From NCBI GenBank assembly GCA_032718475.1, contig JAUCBJ010003970.1:1-64000 (forward strand): 64,000 nucleotides of DNA. Reading direction: 5' to 3'. This DNA comes from Nemertoderma westbladi. Lineage: Eukaryota > Animalia > Xenacoelomorpha. Shown here in pieces: positions 13,367 to 26,193 of the stretch; positions within the stretch are counted from its first letter, which is position 1; each line of letters opens with the position of its first letter. A model generated the notes under the pieces. It saw only the letters and a list, made by a program, of their open reading frames with translations, was not told the DNA's origin and ran no database searches. The position numbers and the translations under genes are program-made.

Positions 13367-15410
13367 AGGCTTCCTAATTGGAAACCCAGGAATGTCACCA
13401 CTAGACCAAGCTTCTGCTTGGTCTTTTAAGGCATAATATTATTAATATTATTGAATTAATTACAAACACGTCGTGATATTATTATGCGTATAGCTAGCTA
13501 TTTACATCTTATAATTTCTAATGTTAATAAATTTATCATGAAAAATGTCAAATCTCTGTAAAATGAAACTGCAGTGATGATTATTAGACATAAAATATAC
13601 ACGATATCAAATCTTCTAAATACTGAGTATACAGTATATACTAATCTATAAGTGTAGGCCCTATGCTATACAGTACGTTATCACGCGCATCCCACGAACC
13701 TATGGTCTCTATCCATAGTATCAAATAAATTATTCACATTCCCCGTCAAGGTCGTGACGCAAAGTATTGAGAAAAAACGAGCTACCTAATCCAACAAAAA
13801 ATTCTTCCTGATTATGTGAAATAACACCTGAACCACTATATTGGTTTTTGCCGCAAAGACCAATGCATTTTCCATTATTAATATTTAATTGCGCAGCCTT
13901 AATGGACTGGCACCGAAGCCTTCCTTTAGGAAACGGAAATCGTGGAATATTTATACTCCCTTGAGATACGCTGGGATTTTTAATTATTCATTATTGTCAA
14001 TCATTTATTCCTAATTCTGCTTCAAATGATAATAATATATAATCCTCAGATTAATTTTGCCTCCTAACTATATAAAGCAACTGTACTCAATCGTGAGTGA
14101 TTGTAAAAGTGTGTTGTACTAATGAGTTCCAGTATAACCAATACCATTAGGCCATCCATCAGTACATTATAGTGACGTGGTTTGTAAAAGGAAATAGGCA
14201 TACAAGTAGAAGTAAGCAAACCTAGGCTGGAAAACATTTAATAATTTCTTTGAAACGCCACACCTGTGTCCTTCGAAGTCATATCAATGCAGCATTCTCA
14301 AATAATTAATTATACTTATAATAATACATCATTCTGACGTGAATCCCGTTGCGTGTGTACCATGTGAAAAGAAGGTAATGAACAAAGATTCTTTTTGGGT
14401 AGGGCCTTTTCTAAAACTGAAAGTTTAACGGATCGGGCATCGCATTGTTTTTTCTGTTGCTCGTCTGGTAACTGTTGCGCTGTTTATCAATAAACAGTAG
14501 AATGGTAAAACGTCATTTGCAGCATGCAACAAAATACCATACGCTGTGCGATTTGCAATTGCAAAATACCCTACAACCCTGTACCCCCAAAATACCCCCC
14601 CCCCCCCCCCCCCCCACACGCATCAGTTCATTTTCTCGTTGTCAGTCATTACGGGGCTGGTGACTCTCCCACAAGGTCGATTACCAAAGGGAACTGGAGG
14701 TTGGAAATTTCATCAGAAGTTGATTACTTGGATTCCGGTTGTTGTGGAATGTGGTATGTAATGGATAAGGTAACAGGTAGGCCTATCTAAGTTGCAAAGC
14801 TGAAAGCTACACAACACACCAGACCTGTTGCCGTACCAGCCAGAGTACCTTAATTAGTTGTGGCGAGGTTAGAATGAAACATTGAGTGCGAAATGGAAAG
14901 GAAAATTAGTTTAGGTTTGGAGTTCCATCACTTACGTTGGAAAGGTTAACATATTTGGTAAATCTCTCCCAGGAAATCTAAATGGTAATCGCCGACATAT
15001 TCGTTTGTCATCTCTCATCATAATATTGGTTCTAGATTACAGGGTGTACTACACTAGATATCTTGTTTTGTAAACTGGAAATAAATAATGATTTTGATTT
15101 GTGATCTAAATGGTTTGAATTTAGATCCATTTAAGTCAAAATCCACTGAATTTGACGGATTTCGTTTCCAAATGTAAATTTTTTATTCCTCTCGACTATT
15201 CAGGTACCACAGGCCAATCTTAATTTAAAGCCGGTACTTCCGGAATAAAGATTGTACTTAATTCCTATTTAACATGGTTGGAAATGAAACAAAGATAACT
15301 TATATTATATTCCTAAAAGTGGCGATCAAATAAATTGGATTCTTTATACAGCTATCCAAATTATCTCTCAGCAATTTAATGCGTCGGTATTTGCCTTCTG
15401 GTATTTAGGA

Positions 15411-16164
15411 CAGGGGCGTATTAAGGGGGGTGCAATGGGTGCAGCGGTGCAGGTGCACCCGGGCCGCCGCCGCCAAGGGGCAGCCAGTTGTTTTGTTCAA
15501 TATAATGTATATAATACATTATTTTTAACGGAATAAGCCACTTACAAACCATTTTATTATTAAATCACCTTTGGCTTGGAACAATAATGCTATTATCTAT
15601 CGTTATTTATATCTACTAGCCCATCGCCCATGTCATAAATATTCATTCCAGAACATCTATTTCTTTAACATGGGTTGAAACAGTCAGCTCGTAGTGTCAG
15701 AAACAAGTAGAAACATGGTAAAGTAAACATGAGTTGATTCTATTGGTTGTTCTATTGGTTGTGTGTCAACTTGAGTAGGAGTAGCCGGTTGGTGTTGCAA
15801 CTGTACAGTACAATGTTTAAGATAAAATTAATTAGTTAAACTAGTTCTAATTTATTATTTGGCTATTTTATTTTCTACATAAATATCCGTATATAAAAAG
15901 TGCATTTTAAAAGTTTCCAAAAGTTATCCTTTTAATTTATTTTATCCTTAATTTATTTTATCCTTAATTTATTTTATCCTTAATTTATTTTATCCTTAAT
16001 TTATTTTGCCAATTTATAGTTGCGGTTTGTAATTTTTCAATTTGTCGCACAAACTTAAATTTGTAAAAAAAAAAGCTCTGTTAGGGCGCAATGCATAAGC
16101 AATGCATAACACAATAAGCAATGCATAAGACAGATACAACCGCCATGTCCTTAATCCGCCCCTG
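15411..16164. mobile_element. Non-autonomous hAT-like element
   Basis: TIRs CAGGGGCGTATTAAGG / CCTTAATCCGCCCCTG; 8-bp TSD ATTTAGGA / ATTTAGAA (1 mismatch); internal 17-bp tandem at ~15925-16007. Confidence 0.8.
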
Positions 16165-16243
16165 ATTTAGAACTACTGGTACCGGTGTCTGATAGTCACT
16201 ATCAGACATGCCACTTTTCTACACCTGCTGTGACGGGTCTCAG

Positions 16244-16477
16244 GAATTCTTAGCCCGCGAGTATTCTTAGCCCGTAGGTATTCTTAGCCCGTGAGTATTC
16301 TTAGCCCGTGGGTATTCTTAGCCCGTGGGTATTCTTAGCCCGCAAAACAATAACGTTTATTGTTTTGGTTCCCCCAATACGCCTCTGAAACCTGCTCCTT
16401 TACTAACCTGCGCATTTAATATTGCTAAGATTGCTAAGAATACTCGGGGGCTAAGAATAATCGCGGGCTAAGAATTC
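16244..16477. mobile_element. Small TIR element with 17-bp subterminal repeats
   Basis: GAATTCTTAGCCCGCGA ... TCGCGGGCTAAGAATTC; tandem GTATTCTTAGCCCGT; true outer ends uncertain. Confidence 0.65.
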
Positions 16478-16811
16478 ACCCAATCCTGCGGCGGGGGCAT
16501 CTACCGCTACTACCTGGATACGAACTTACAGTATACCTGCATAATACTGCAGATTATCAATAAAATACAGCGTCCCGTAGGCCTACAGTACATACTGTAG
16601 GCCTACTGCTGTACTTCAGTATAAATGATACGAGTTATATTTATATGGGAGTAATTTATGGGATGTGATATGAGCGAGATATAATAGTCGTAAATTGTTA
16701 TCTAGCACTAATATTAATTTATGAATTCTTATTATATCGGTAAAGTTCCCGTGAGTAAATGCTACGCCGAGAGTTACACAATCATGTATGATTGTGTAAC
16801 TCTTATTATAA

Positions 16812-17110
16812 GAGACAGGGAGGGAAACTGGAGGCAAATCCCGTCTTGGCGAATTAATATCCCGCCTCAATGTTAAATTCTCAATTTATGGAAAGATTCA
16901 AAATGTACAGGGGGCGCACCGGGCCATTTTAAGTTAAGTACACCAGTCTTTCTGCTTTATATTTCACTTTGTAGTTTACCCCCATGTGAATACGAGGTTT
17001 TTCACTAAAAAGTAAAAACCCAGGTTATACACTTATAGAAGTGCTGAATCTAAACAAAACAATTAACAAATTAGTATCTATACATGTTATAAGAGAAAAA
17101 TAAGCGCTTA
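16812..17110. mobile_element. Adjacent fragments of MITE family A (16812-~16887) and family B (reverse, ~16915-17110)
   Basis: Similar to 29411-29500 and to the reverse complement of 25917-26193. Confidence 0.6.
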
Positions 17111-17857
17111 AACATTTAATAAGGAGAAATAAATAAAAATACTAATTCTTCATATATATTATATATATATATATATATAAATAATACCAATAAAAAAACA
17201 TGCGTGACGCCCTGATTCATTGGTACGCTTCTGTTAAGTTCTAGGTGGCGTTCTGATAGGCAACACCTGTAGTTGTCTGTGAAATGTCACCCACATATAT
17301 TTGTTGATTCTTAACTGTACATACACTAACTCAAAACTAAATTACGAAACATTAATAATAATATTAACAACTACGAACTAAATGCAACTCACCAAGTAAA
17401 CCAAAACTATTAACTCCAAAACAAACAAACTGAGTTAGCAACGATTGCCATGCCATCTGGGGTTTTTCATAATTTTCTAATTAGGTAAGGATATATACTT
17501 CGGCTAATAATGTTACGAATAAACATTTCTTAATATTTTATCATCCAATTTACGCCAGTTTGAAAATGAAACTTTTAGGCATAAGCGCATAACTGATTAC
17601 AATTATTAGTCACTAGCTACTGTAGGCCAAATTTAGCCAATACAGCATGGCGTACTACAGTTTATTATACTTAGTTACTAGTACCTTTTAAAACCATTCC
17701 CTTATAGAGAGAACGACCAGGACCAGTGAGAGACTAGAGACTTAATATTTTGAATTAAAAAAAGATACCATTACAAAATTAGCGCACACTATTTTATATC
17801 CTCAACAAGTACTATGAGGTTTCATTTGAATTGCACTAATTCTTAGGCAAATGCAGA

Positions 17858-17960
17858 GATTGGCTTTGATTGGCTGATGTATTTTTTTAAAGAAGAAGGC
17901 CCTGATTCGCCCAATCTTTATAAATGGCCTAATGAATACTGTAAGGCAAGTAACTCAGTA
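17858..17960 (+). promoter_or_regulatory. Candidate UPB1 promoter (CCAAT boxes, TATA-like, Inr-like)
   Basis: GATTGGC twice (~17858-17875), CCAAT 17911, TATAAAT 17919, TCAGT 17955; TATA-Inr spacing is longer than optimal. Confidence 0.35.
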
Positions 17961-18091
17961 TACACCGTGCAAATGCGTCATTAACATTATGGATATGCGT
18001 AGGTTGAATATTATATTAAACTATCAAATGAGTATTATTGATCTTTCCTTCTATTGTGTGTCGGTTTTCTATATTAAATAATTAATTTTCC

Positions 18092-18290
18092 GAGACACGG
18101 AGGGGGGGACTTGACGCAATTCCAATCTCGGCCTCGTCTCAATGTTAAATTATCAATTAAGGGAAAGGGGCAGGTTACTTACAGTGTGGCACGGTATTCT
18201 AACCAAAATAATAAACGAAAGACAATAGACCAGGTCAGGTTACAGTTTTATTTTTGGGAGTATTCAGCTGGATTGCGACGGAAGTCATAT
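18092..18290 (+). mobile_element. MITE family A, diverged copy
   Basis: GAGACACGGAGGGGGG start and body similar to 29411-29648. Confidence 0.7.
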
Positions 18291-18519
18291 CTGCGAAGCA
18301 GAAGCACGATTAATTACATAAAGCTGCAGTTACGGTAGGCCTACTCTGCTTATGATGTAGGCCTACCATCATACTCATGTAGGCCTACTCCTGTACTCAT
18401 ATTCATAATAGCACGTAATTCAAAAATAATTGTTTGTAGGCACATAATTCAATATTATTAATTTCAATCTAATATATTTCATAATTATTAAACTGAATTT
18501 GTTCCGCTTAGACATCGCC

Positions 18520-19662
18520 ATGGCTGCCGAATTAGATAATATTGACGAACTTCTCGAGGCCTATATCCCCAAGGAGAAACTCCCCGAGGTCCAACGCATT
18601 CTGTATGGGGGGGTTCCCGAACAAATCGAATTCCCAGCCGCTGTCGCCACGACAACAACCGAGCTGGATGTCGAGATTAAAGGCTACGAGTTCGGCGCGG
18701 AACGCGAACAAAGACGACCGCCGCGCCTGGTTACCATAGCGACGATACAAAACAAGATAGTAGAACCAACGGATGCGCCGGTACTCCAGCAGATGGCGTC
18801 TCTCCACAACCGCATCTCCGATATAACACGCGTAGCTGCGAGCGCAGGCGTCAACGTTCTGTGCTACCAGGAGACGTGGAACATGCCGTTCGCGTTCTGC
18901 ACGCGGGAACGCCTACCCTGGACGGAGTTCGCCGAGTCCGCCGAGGACGGCGCAACAATCCGGCTGTGTCAGAAACTCGCGAAAACCCACCGGATGGTAA
19001 TAATTTCACCTATTCTAGAACGCGACGCTGACGATGTAATGTGGAACACGGCGGTTGTTATAGACGAGAACGGGAGTATTCTAGGTAAATCCCGCAAGAA
19101 CCACATACCTCGTACTGGCGACTTTAACGAGTCTACCTACTATATGGAGGGCGGGATGGGGCACCCGGTGTTCGATACTCGATACGGGAAGATAGCGGTT
19201 AACATCTGTTACGGTCGACACCATCCGCTCAACTGGTTGATGTACGGGTTGAACGGGGCCGAGATTGTGTTCAACCCATCCGCGACCATAGGGGGTCTTA
19301 GCGAACCGTTGTGGCCGATCGAAGCGAGGAACGCTGCTATTGCCAACTCCTACTTCGTCGCGGCTATCAACCGCGTTGGCACCGAGGTCTTCCCCAACGA
19401 GTTCACTTCCGGTAACCGGAAGTCCGCGCATCGCGATCTCGGTTTGTTCTACGGGTCGTCGTACGTGACGGCCCCGTCCGGGGCTCGGTGTCCGGGACTG
19501 TCCCGGACACGGGACGGACTGTTGGTCGCTCGGATCGACCTCAACCAGTGTCGGCAGGTTAAGGACAGTTGGGGTTTCCGGATGACCGCGCGGTTGCCGA
19601 CCTATCTGGAGGAGTTGACGGATTTCCTCCATCCAGATGATAACGTAGATGACGACGAGTGA
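18520..19662 (+). CDS. UPB1: Beta-ureidopropionase (beta-alanine synthase, nitrilase superfamily), 380 aa, single coding exon
   Basis: gccATGg start; catalytic E ([14 protein letters not shown]), K (RKNHIPR) and C ([12 protein letters not shown]); [33 protein letters not shown] and WGFRMT are typical of animal UPB1/pyd3. Confidence 0.97.
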   Translation: MAAELDNIDELLEAYIPKEKLPEVQRILYGGVPEQIEFPAAVATTTTELDVEIKGYEFGAEREQRRPPRLVTIATIQNKIVEPTDAPVLQQMASLHNRISDITRVAASAGVNVLCYQETWNMPFAFCTRERLPWTEFAESAEDGATIRLCQKLAKTHRMVIISPILERDADDVMWNTAVVIDENGSILGKSRKNHIPRTGDFNESTYYMEGGMGHPVFDTRYGKIAVNICYGRHHPLNWLMYGLNGAEIVFNPSATIGGLSEPLWPIEARNAAIANSYFVAAINRVGTEVFPNEFTSGNRKSAHRDLGLFYGSSYVTAPSGARCPGLSRTRDGLLVARIDLNQCRQVKDSWGFRMTARLPTYLEELTDFLHPDDNVDDDE

Positions 19663-20890
19663 CACATCGATAGATTACAACTTTCCGAGTCAGTAACAGT
19701 ATCTCCTCGATGCCGCTATTTTAGATTTTGGTTTATCAATCAATTAATTATAGAAACTGTTAGGGTATCAATATTGTGTTAACAGCCATGACGTATCGGG
19801 TGATGGGAAATATAATTTTTATTTGATTTATAAATTATAAATTTATAATTAAAAAGGTATTGATTTTCGTTAATTAATTATATTTGAATAAGAAAGGTTT
19901 ATGAAATTTAATTTTTCGTTTATGGTCCGTCCCTTTATAAAAGGCATTGAGACACCGCAGCCGCAGTAAAATCTGATGTAAAATAATCTATATTATATTG
20001 TGTTTGTTTGCAACACTTTCACACCTCGTTAGTGTAATGTATGTAATATGTTAGTAGTTGTGTTGGTGATTTATAAATAAATTAGTAAATCAATGACCCG
20101 CACTCTCCAATCAAGAGAATAATTAATTAAACGCCTTTGTTTTTCTATTACAGTTATTTACTATTAGTTTATAGGATTAATATAATAATAATTTTTGTGA
20201 TATGTAATTATTAATTAATTACCCTATGATCTTTATTATTATGATTAGAGGATTATGGTTATACATATATATTATGTACCACCTTGCGATATGCTGCATT
20301 CCCATTAGATAATAGTTAATTAATAATATTACGAATAAATATCTTTATAGGTACAAATGACTTTGTTTTTCTATTGTGCGCCGTGGTTGTAGGCCGGCAA
20401 AGACCGACTTAGACCGGCAAAAGTCTAACAAAAACTTTAAATGTTCATATCTTTTGATTGCGTGAACGATTTTGGGCTTGTTTTGTAGCTCTTGATAAAC
20501 CCCAGAACATATTTATTTATAACAATTTACAATAATTAATCGTATTTTCATTTGTATTTTTACTGTTTATAGTAGATCCAGTGTAGATCTTGGGTGCAAC
20601 TTTAAGCGTATAGGTTTTTAGTACGCAGCTCCATAGATACCCAAGGCTTGACGACATGTTTTAGTTTTTATATGTTTGAAGAGACAATATGAAAATTAGG
20701 TACAGGACATAAACACGACTTAAATACATATTGATTTCGTCACTGTAAACACGAGGTTTGTAAATAAGGTTTGGGTTTTCTCAAAAAATAATACCGAACT
20801 TTGAAGGTTCATTCACTATTACTGGTAAATTAGGTCTTGAGGCACAATTACGAGCGCATTTTGAAGATAATTTTATGTGCTTTCTGTATA

Positions 20891-21376
20891 AGCACTCCGC
20901 ACCACAGCTTCCAGCACTCCGCACCACAGCTTCCAGCACTCCGCACCACAGCTTCCAGCACTCCGCACCACAGCTTCCAGCACTCCGCACCACAGCTTCC
21001 AGCACTCCGCACCACAGCTTCCAGCACTCCGCACCACAGCTTCCAGCACTCCGCACCACAGCTTCCAGCACTCCGCTCCACAGCTTCCAGCACTCCGCAC
21101 CACAGCTTCCAGCACTCCGCACCACAGCTTCCAGCACTCCGCACCACAGCTTCCAGCACTCCGCACCACAGTTTCCAGCACTCCGCACCACAGCTTCCAG
21201 CACTCCGCACCACAGCTTCCAGCACTCCGCACCACAGCTTCCAGCACTCCGTACCACAGCTTCCAGCACTCCGCACCACAGCTTCCAGCACTCCGCACCA
21301 CAGCTTCCAGCACTCCGCACCACAGCTTCCAGCACTCCGCACCACAGCTTCCAGCACTCCGCACCACAGCTTCCAG
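20891..21376. repeat. 22-bp minisatellite, ~22 copies
   Basis: Unit CAGCACTCCGCACCACAGCTTC. Confidence 0.95.
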
Positions 21377-21890
21377 TAGAAACCTCGAGCTTTATAGAGG
21401 TGGTCAATCTGAGTGATCTCCTTGTTGTGAAATACCTCACTGACGTATTTGACAGAAGGAAAGATGACAGAGGTCCAAAGGAAGTCCGCTGAGACCGCTG
21501 AGACTTTGGAAGCAAGGCGCATACATCTGGCAACATCCTTTTTATAAAGGTGTCTATGATGTACCGAAGGTTTATTTGTAGTAGTAAAAGTCACTGCCAA
21601 GTACTCTAAACTGTTTACAAATTCCCCGGGGGGGGTACCCATATAGTAGAGTTTGTCTAAATTGTCCGCCACGTCTAAATTTAACCGCCTTTGTTTTCGA
21701 GAGTTAAAAAAGTTCGAATTCGAGTGTTAACTTTGCAGTATTCCTCGAGTGCATCGAGCAAGTTTGCTTCCACCACAATTATCCTAAATGCTGTCGATAA
21801 CGCCCCTTCAACAGTCGTAGGAGAGGCGCAGCACAGATGGTCTTCAACGGTTTCCATCATAAGGTCTATCTGGAACCCATAAATATTGGC
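21377..21890 (-). pseudogene. Decayed non-LTR retrotransposon (LINE) RT C-terminal fragment
   Basis: Frameshifted peptides LLDALEEYCKVN and EFVNSLEYLAVTF resemble RT motifs after YADD (LLD.L..YC..N.L; V..FKYLGVTF); no intact YADD seen. Confidence 0.5.
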
Positions 21891-22714
21891 GCCCTACCTC
21901 ATTCTGTATTTGCTGGATATGCCAGGAACCAGCCACAAATAAAGAATACACAAAAGGCTGCTCTTTCTGTTCCGATCTTAGCTAGCTTTACTTTTAATAT
22001 GCCTCAGAGTACCTGATGAATAAATTTTAACAGCTTTTTAACCCCCAATAACTTTTAATTAAAGCTTATTTTATTTAAATTAATTTAATTAACATTAAAT
22101 ATTATGTTTGGTGCCAAATTTTATCATACCCATGGTGGTCATTAAATCGAATATTCAATATAACCACGTTGATGTGACCATATCATCTCCTATGGCGAAG
22201 CTATTGCCAAGAATGTAACGCCAACTCAGAAAAACAACGGAAAAATGTAGATCGTTAACTCAATTTTCGTGGTGCTATAAAATTGGTAACGTTGACGTGT
22301 TTAAATTGAGTCACCACTATTTTAAATACTTATAAGGTTCTCAACCATAAAATAAATCTAATTCGATATTTAATCGACTGTTTGTTCCATGTCGAGCCTA
22401 AAATCAGACGACTTTGGACAGGTTTGTAGACCGTGGGACATGTCGACTTCGGGAAAACTCACAGCAACATCGCCCAAGATCTACAACATTTATATCCAAA
22501 GTCTAAAATTGAGTTCTTGTTCGGAATACGTTTTATTCAAAGTCTACAATAACATGACATTTTCACATGACTTTTCAAGCTCTACAAAACGATTGCATCC
22601 TTTTGGGGGTAATTTTAAATTTTGTTATTGTGCATACGTGCACTGCTGGCTAACTACAGTGTTGATAGCGGTGCGTAGTAATACCAAAAATCATATATGA
22701 ATTATGAAAAACTA

Positions 22715-23909
22715 AATTAATTTTAATATAACTTTATCTTGCTAATATTTTGGCAGTGTGATATAAAGTGATAAAAAGATGACAAAAACACGTTTCGTGG
22801 AATTAAAACTTGAATTTAAACTTGCAATCCCGATCCCATAAATTGGGATCGCGAGAGTGGTAACTGATAATCCCGATCGCGATCCCGGAGATCCGAAAAA
22901 CTCTGGTCCCGTTTAAACACTAATATATTAGTGTGTAAAAGGGATTGTTCAGAAGTAGAAAAATGAAAAAGTGCGTCACCGGGGGTTGACGCACTTTCTC
23001 ATTTTTCTACTTCTGAACAAAGCCATAATATTACACCTTTAATTACAGTTGCAACAGCTCATTTCCAATTTATTTGTTTAAAAGGGATCCCGATCCCACA
23101 AACCCATAATATTTCACCTTTAATTACAGTTGCAACAGCTCATTTCCAATTTATTTGTTTAAAAGGGATCCCGATCCCACAAACCCATAATATTTCACCT
23201 TTAATTACAGTTGCAACAGCTCATTTCCAATTTATTTGTTTAAAAGGGATCCCGATCCCACAAACCCATAATATTTCACCTTTAATTACAGTTGCAACAG
23301 CTCATTTCCAATTTATTTGTTTAAAAGGGATCCCGATCCCACAAACCCATAATATTTCACCTTTAATTACAGTTGCAACAGCTCATTTCCAATTTATTTG
23401 TTTAAAAGGGGATCCCGATCCCACAAACCCATAATATTTCACCTTTAATTACAGTTGCAACAGCTCATTTCCAATTTATTTGTTTAAAAGGGGATCCCGA
23501 TCCCGATCCCTAAAAACCGGGATTCCGGCAAAAAATGCAATCCCGGTCCCGATCCCGACCTTTTTGTACCGGGATCCCGAAGTATAGGCCTATACAGTTA
23601 AGTAAATTTGTTAAATATTCGTATAAATAGTTCCAGCAAAACGGAAATGTTTTGATTATATCGGATTTTTATTTCTGTAAACCATCCAGTAATCAATTGT
23701 AAAATAATTTTAATAATAATTTTATCTTATTAATATTTCAGAAGTGTAAGATAAAGTGATTGTTGCCCAAAACCCGCGATATATACTATTATCGATAAGG
23801 AATTTAATTCAAAATTGCAATCCCGATCCCGAAAAACGGGATCCCGAGAGTGATAATCCCGGTCCCGATCTCAGAAATCCCGAAAAGTCTGATCCCGTTT
23901 AAAACACTA
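22715..23909. mobile_element. Two similar ends of a hAT-like element rich in GGGATCCCG motifs, flanking a hairpin and a tandem array
   Basis: ~22715-22922 and ~23705-23909 are similar and both end in AAACACTA (reverse complement TAGTGTTT, a hAT-type terminus); hairpin at 22946-23020. Confidence 0.5.
23025..23500. repeat. 81-bp tandem repeat, ~6 copies
   Basis: CATAATATTTCACC recurs at 23105, 23186 and 23267. Confidence 0.92.
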
Positions 23910-25916
23910 ATATATATACAGACGATATGTAAACGTTAAAGAAAATATAGTAAGGATCAAGAGGGGGAACCAATTTTAACTAAAATAGATACAATCGCTA
24001 AAAAAAATTAAATTTACAACGATGTTTCTCGTGTTGGGTTTGTTTCGAGGATCACATCAATACAAAGCCAGAACTGATCTCGCTGCTGGACTTGTTGCTG
24101 GCCAAATAATGCTTTTGGATTTATTTCGCAGAAAACTATACTATATAAACTTAGTCGATGAAATACACACGGCGCGCTTTTTGTTTTAAGAATGTCGCCT
24201 GAAATGTTTGTTTGTATTTTTTCAATCTATAATTAATCTATAACTTTTTCCCGGTGAAATTATTCCATTTTATTATATGTGTTGAAAGAGCTTCGAAGTA
24301 GAAAATGTTTGCACGTAATTTGAGCAAAATTCAATGACGCACTCAAAAGTGTCACTTTGGTGTCTGTTGGGCGTATTCCAAAACAGAACTCAATTAATAT
24401 CCAATATTGGTTTGTAGTTGAGCTGCTCTATACTTAAATTAATTAATATTTGCAGAACATTAATTATTTAACATTGAGAAAGACAGCATCAGGAGTTGAA
24501 GAGTACAATAATTTTAATCGCTTTGATTACTAAATTACTGTAGTCGTTCAATTTATTTTGTAACAGTACAAGAAAGTACAAATTTAAGAATAAACTTCCG
24601 TATTACATGGGAAATATACGTTGGACATTATTTCCCAAGTGATAAATAATAATTTTAAATTTATAATTTTTGAATCGATAGTATATCCAAAGTCTACATC
24701 AAAATGTAGACTTTGGAATTTTATATCACGTTCTACGTGAAAATTTGTAGGTAGACTTTTGTAGATTTGTAGACTAGTTTTAGCTCAATAACTTTCCTCA
24801 ACCTGAATCAACCTTATGTTTTATTACCAGATTTGTTTTCAGCACATAAAAAACTATCGAATGATATAAGATACTTGCCTATTTGACCAACTTTGAAATT
24901 TCGCATAAAAATTGCGCTTTTTGCCACTTAAAGTGACAGTGACCTGTAAGCATAGCTTCCAAGTTGCAATATTTTCCATATATATTTCATTTTTCGCAAA
25001 ATTTATACATTCATATCAACTATCAACATCACTAATTCATATCAACATAGAAGAAACAGCGGAGGAGAATGCTACGATTGGCACTTCACCCGTCTCTACT
25101 ACTTGTGAGGCTGTAATTAATTGTACAGCTAATAATATATTGTTTATTATATTTGTTTTACAATTACACTTTAGCTCATTAACCTCTTGTAACCTCTCGT
25201 TTTACCAATGCATTTATATCGGTCATTACTTGATATTTGTTTTCGAGAAATAATTAAACTATATAATTATTTATTTCATTTTCTGTGTTCATTAATCATA
25301 AATAGACTCTAAGATGCTATTATTTTATATCAAATAATACAATAAGATTTTAAAAAATAGTTATTACAGCGGAATTGTAAATTTAAGAAGGTGAAATAAA
25401 TAAGTAATCGCTGACGTATAAGCCTACACAGTACCGGTACACAATTAAAAGTATATACTGTAAATGATGTAAATATTATACAAGATCGCAAGAGCTCTCA
25501 ATATTATAATTAAATTAATAATCAAAGTACAACCAACATTACGTATTTAAATTAATTATTGACTGACTCATTCGTAATACCCACAGACTATATGAATTGA
25601 AAAGTGAAACTCAATTTCAATGACCAGCAAAGCCATGGATCTACTCATTGGACAGTCATTATTTCTATCATATTACCCAGGTAGCTAATCGATTAGCTAT
25701 ATGAGTGTATTTGAGGGGCGAGCCACGTGAGCGTCCGCGGTATAATTAGTGGACCTTCTGTCTTCGTCGTTTGAACACTGATAATTCGGTCAATCTTTGA
25801 TGAATTATACACATAGACAGACTTCTATGGTTCCTTAACCTGCCGGTAGAGGGCGATTGACTAGGTCCACTAACTGTACGTAAAGACTCATCTCGACTTA
25901 CGTTCGCGCGATGCAC

Positions 25917-26193
25917 CGCCCATGTGAAGAATACAAGGATTTCACTTTTCGGTCGACTTTTTATTGGAATTTTATATATGAAGATTTTTTATTTTTTTTA
26001 TTTATCTTTATTAAGTGTTTTATAGCGCTTATTTCTGTCTTATAACCTGTACATATACTAATTCGTTTATTGTTTTGGTTAGATTCAGCTCTTCTGTAAC
26101 ATGTGGTTTCAGTGAAAACCTGGTATTCTTCACATGGGGGTAACTGCAAAGTGAAATATAACGGCAGAAAGTCTGTTATTCTTCACATGGGCC
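25917..26193. mobile_element. MITE family B, complete copy
   Basis: TIR GCCCATGTGAAGAATA / TATTCTTCACATGGGC; TSD CGATGCAC(C) on both sides. Confidence 0.85.

Noticed and set aside
14646-14753. Exon-like segment on + (cag|...|gtatgt; ITGLVTLPQGRLPKGTGGWKFHQKLITWIPVVVEC)
   Set aside because: Splice signals are plausible, but there is no recognisable homology or partner exon.
14936-15074. Minus-strand exon-like segment (ttccag|...|gtaagt)
   Set aside because: Stops in all three frames from the acceptor and no Ras similarity; it could be non-coding but is unsupported.
19081-19665. 194-aa antisense ORF
   Set aside because: Shadow of the GC-rich UPB1 coding strand.
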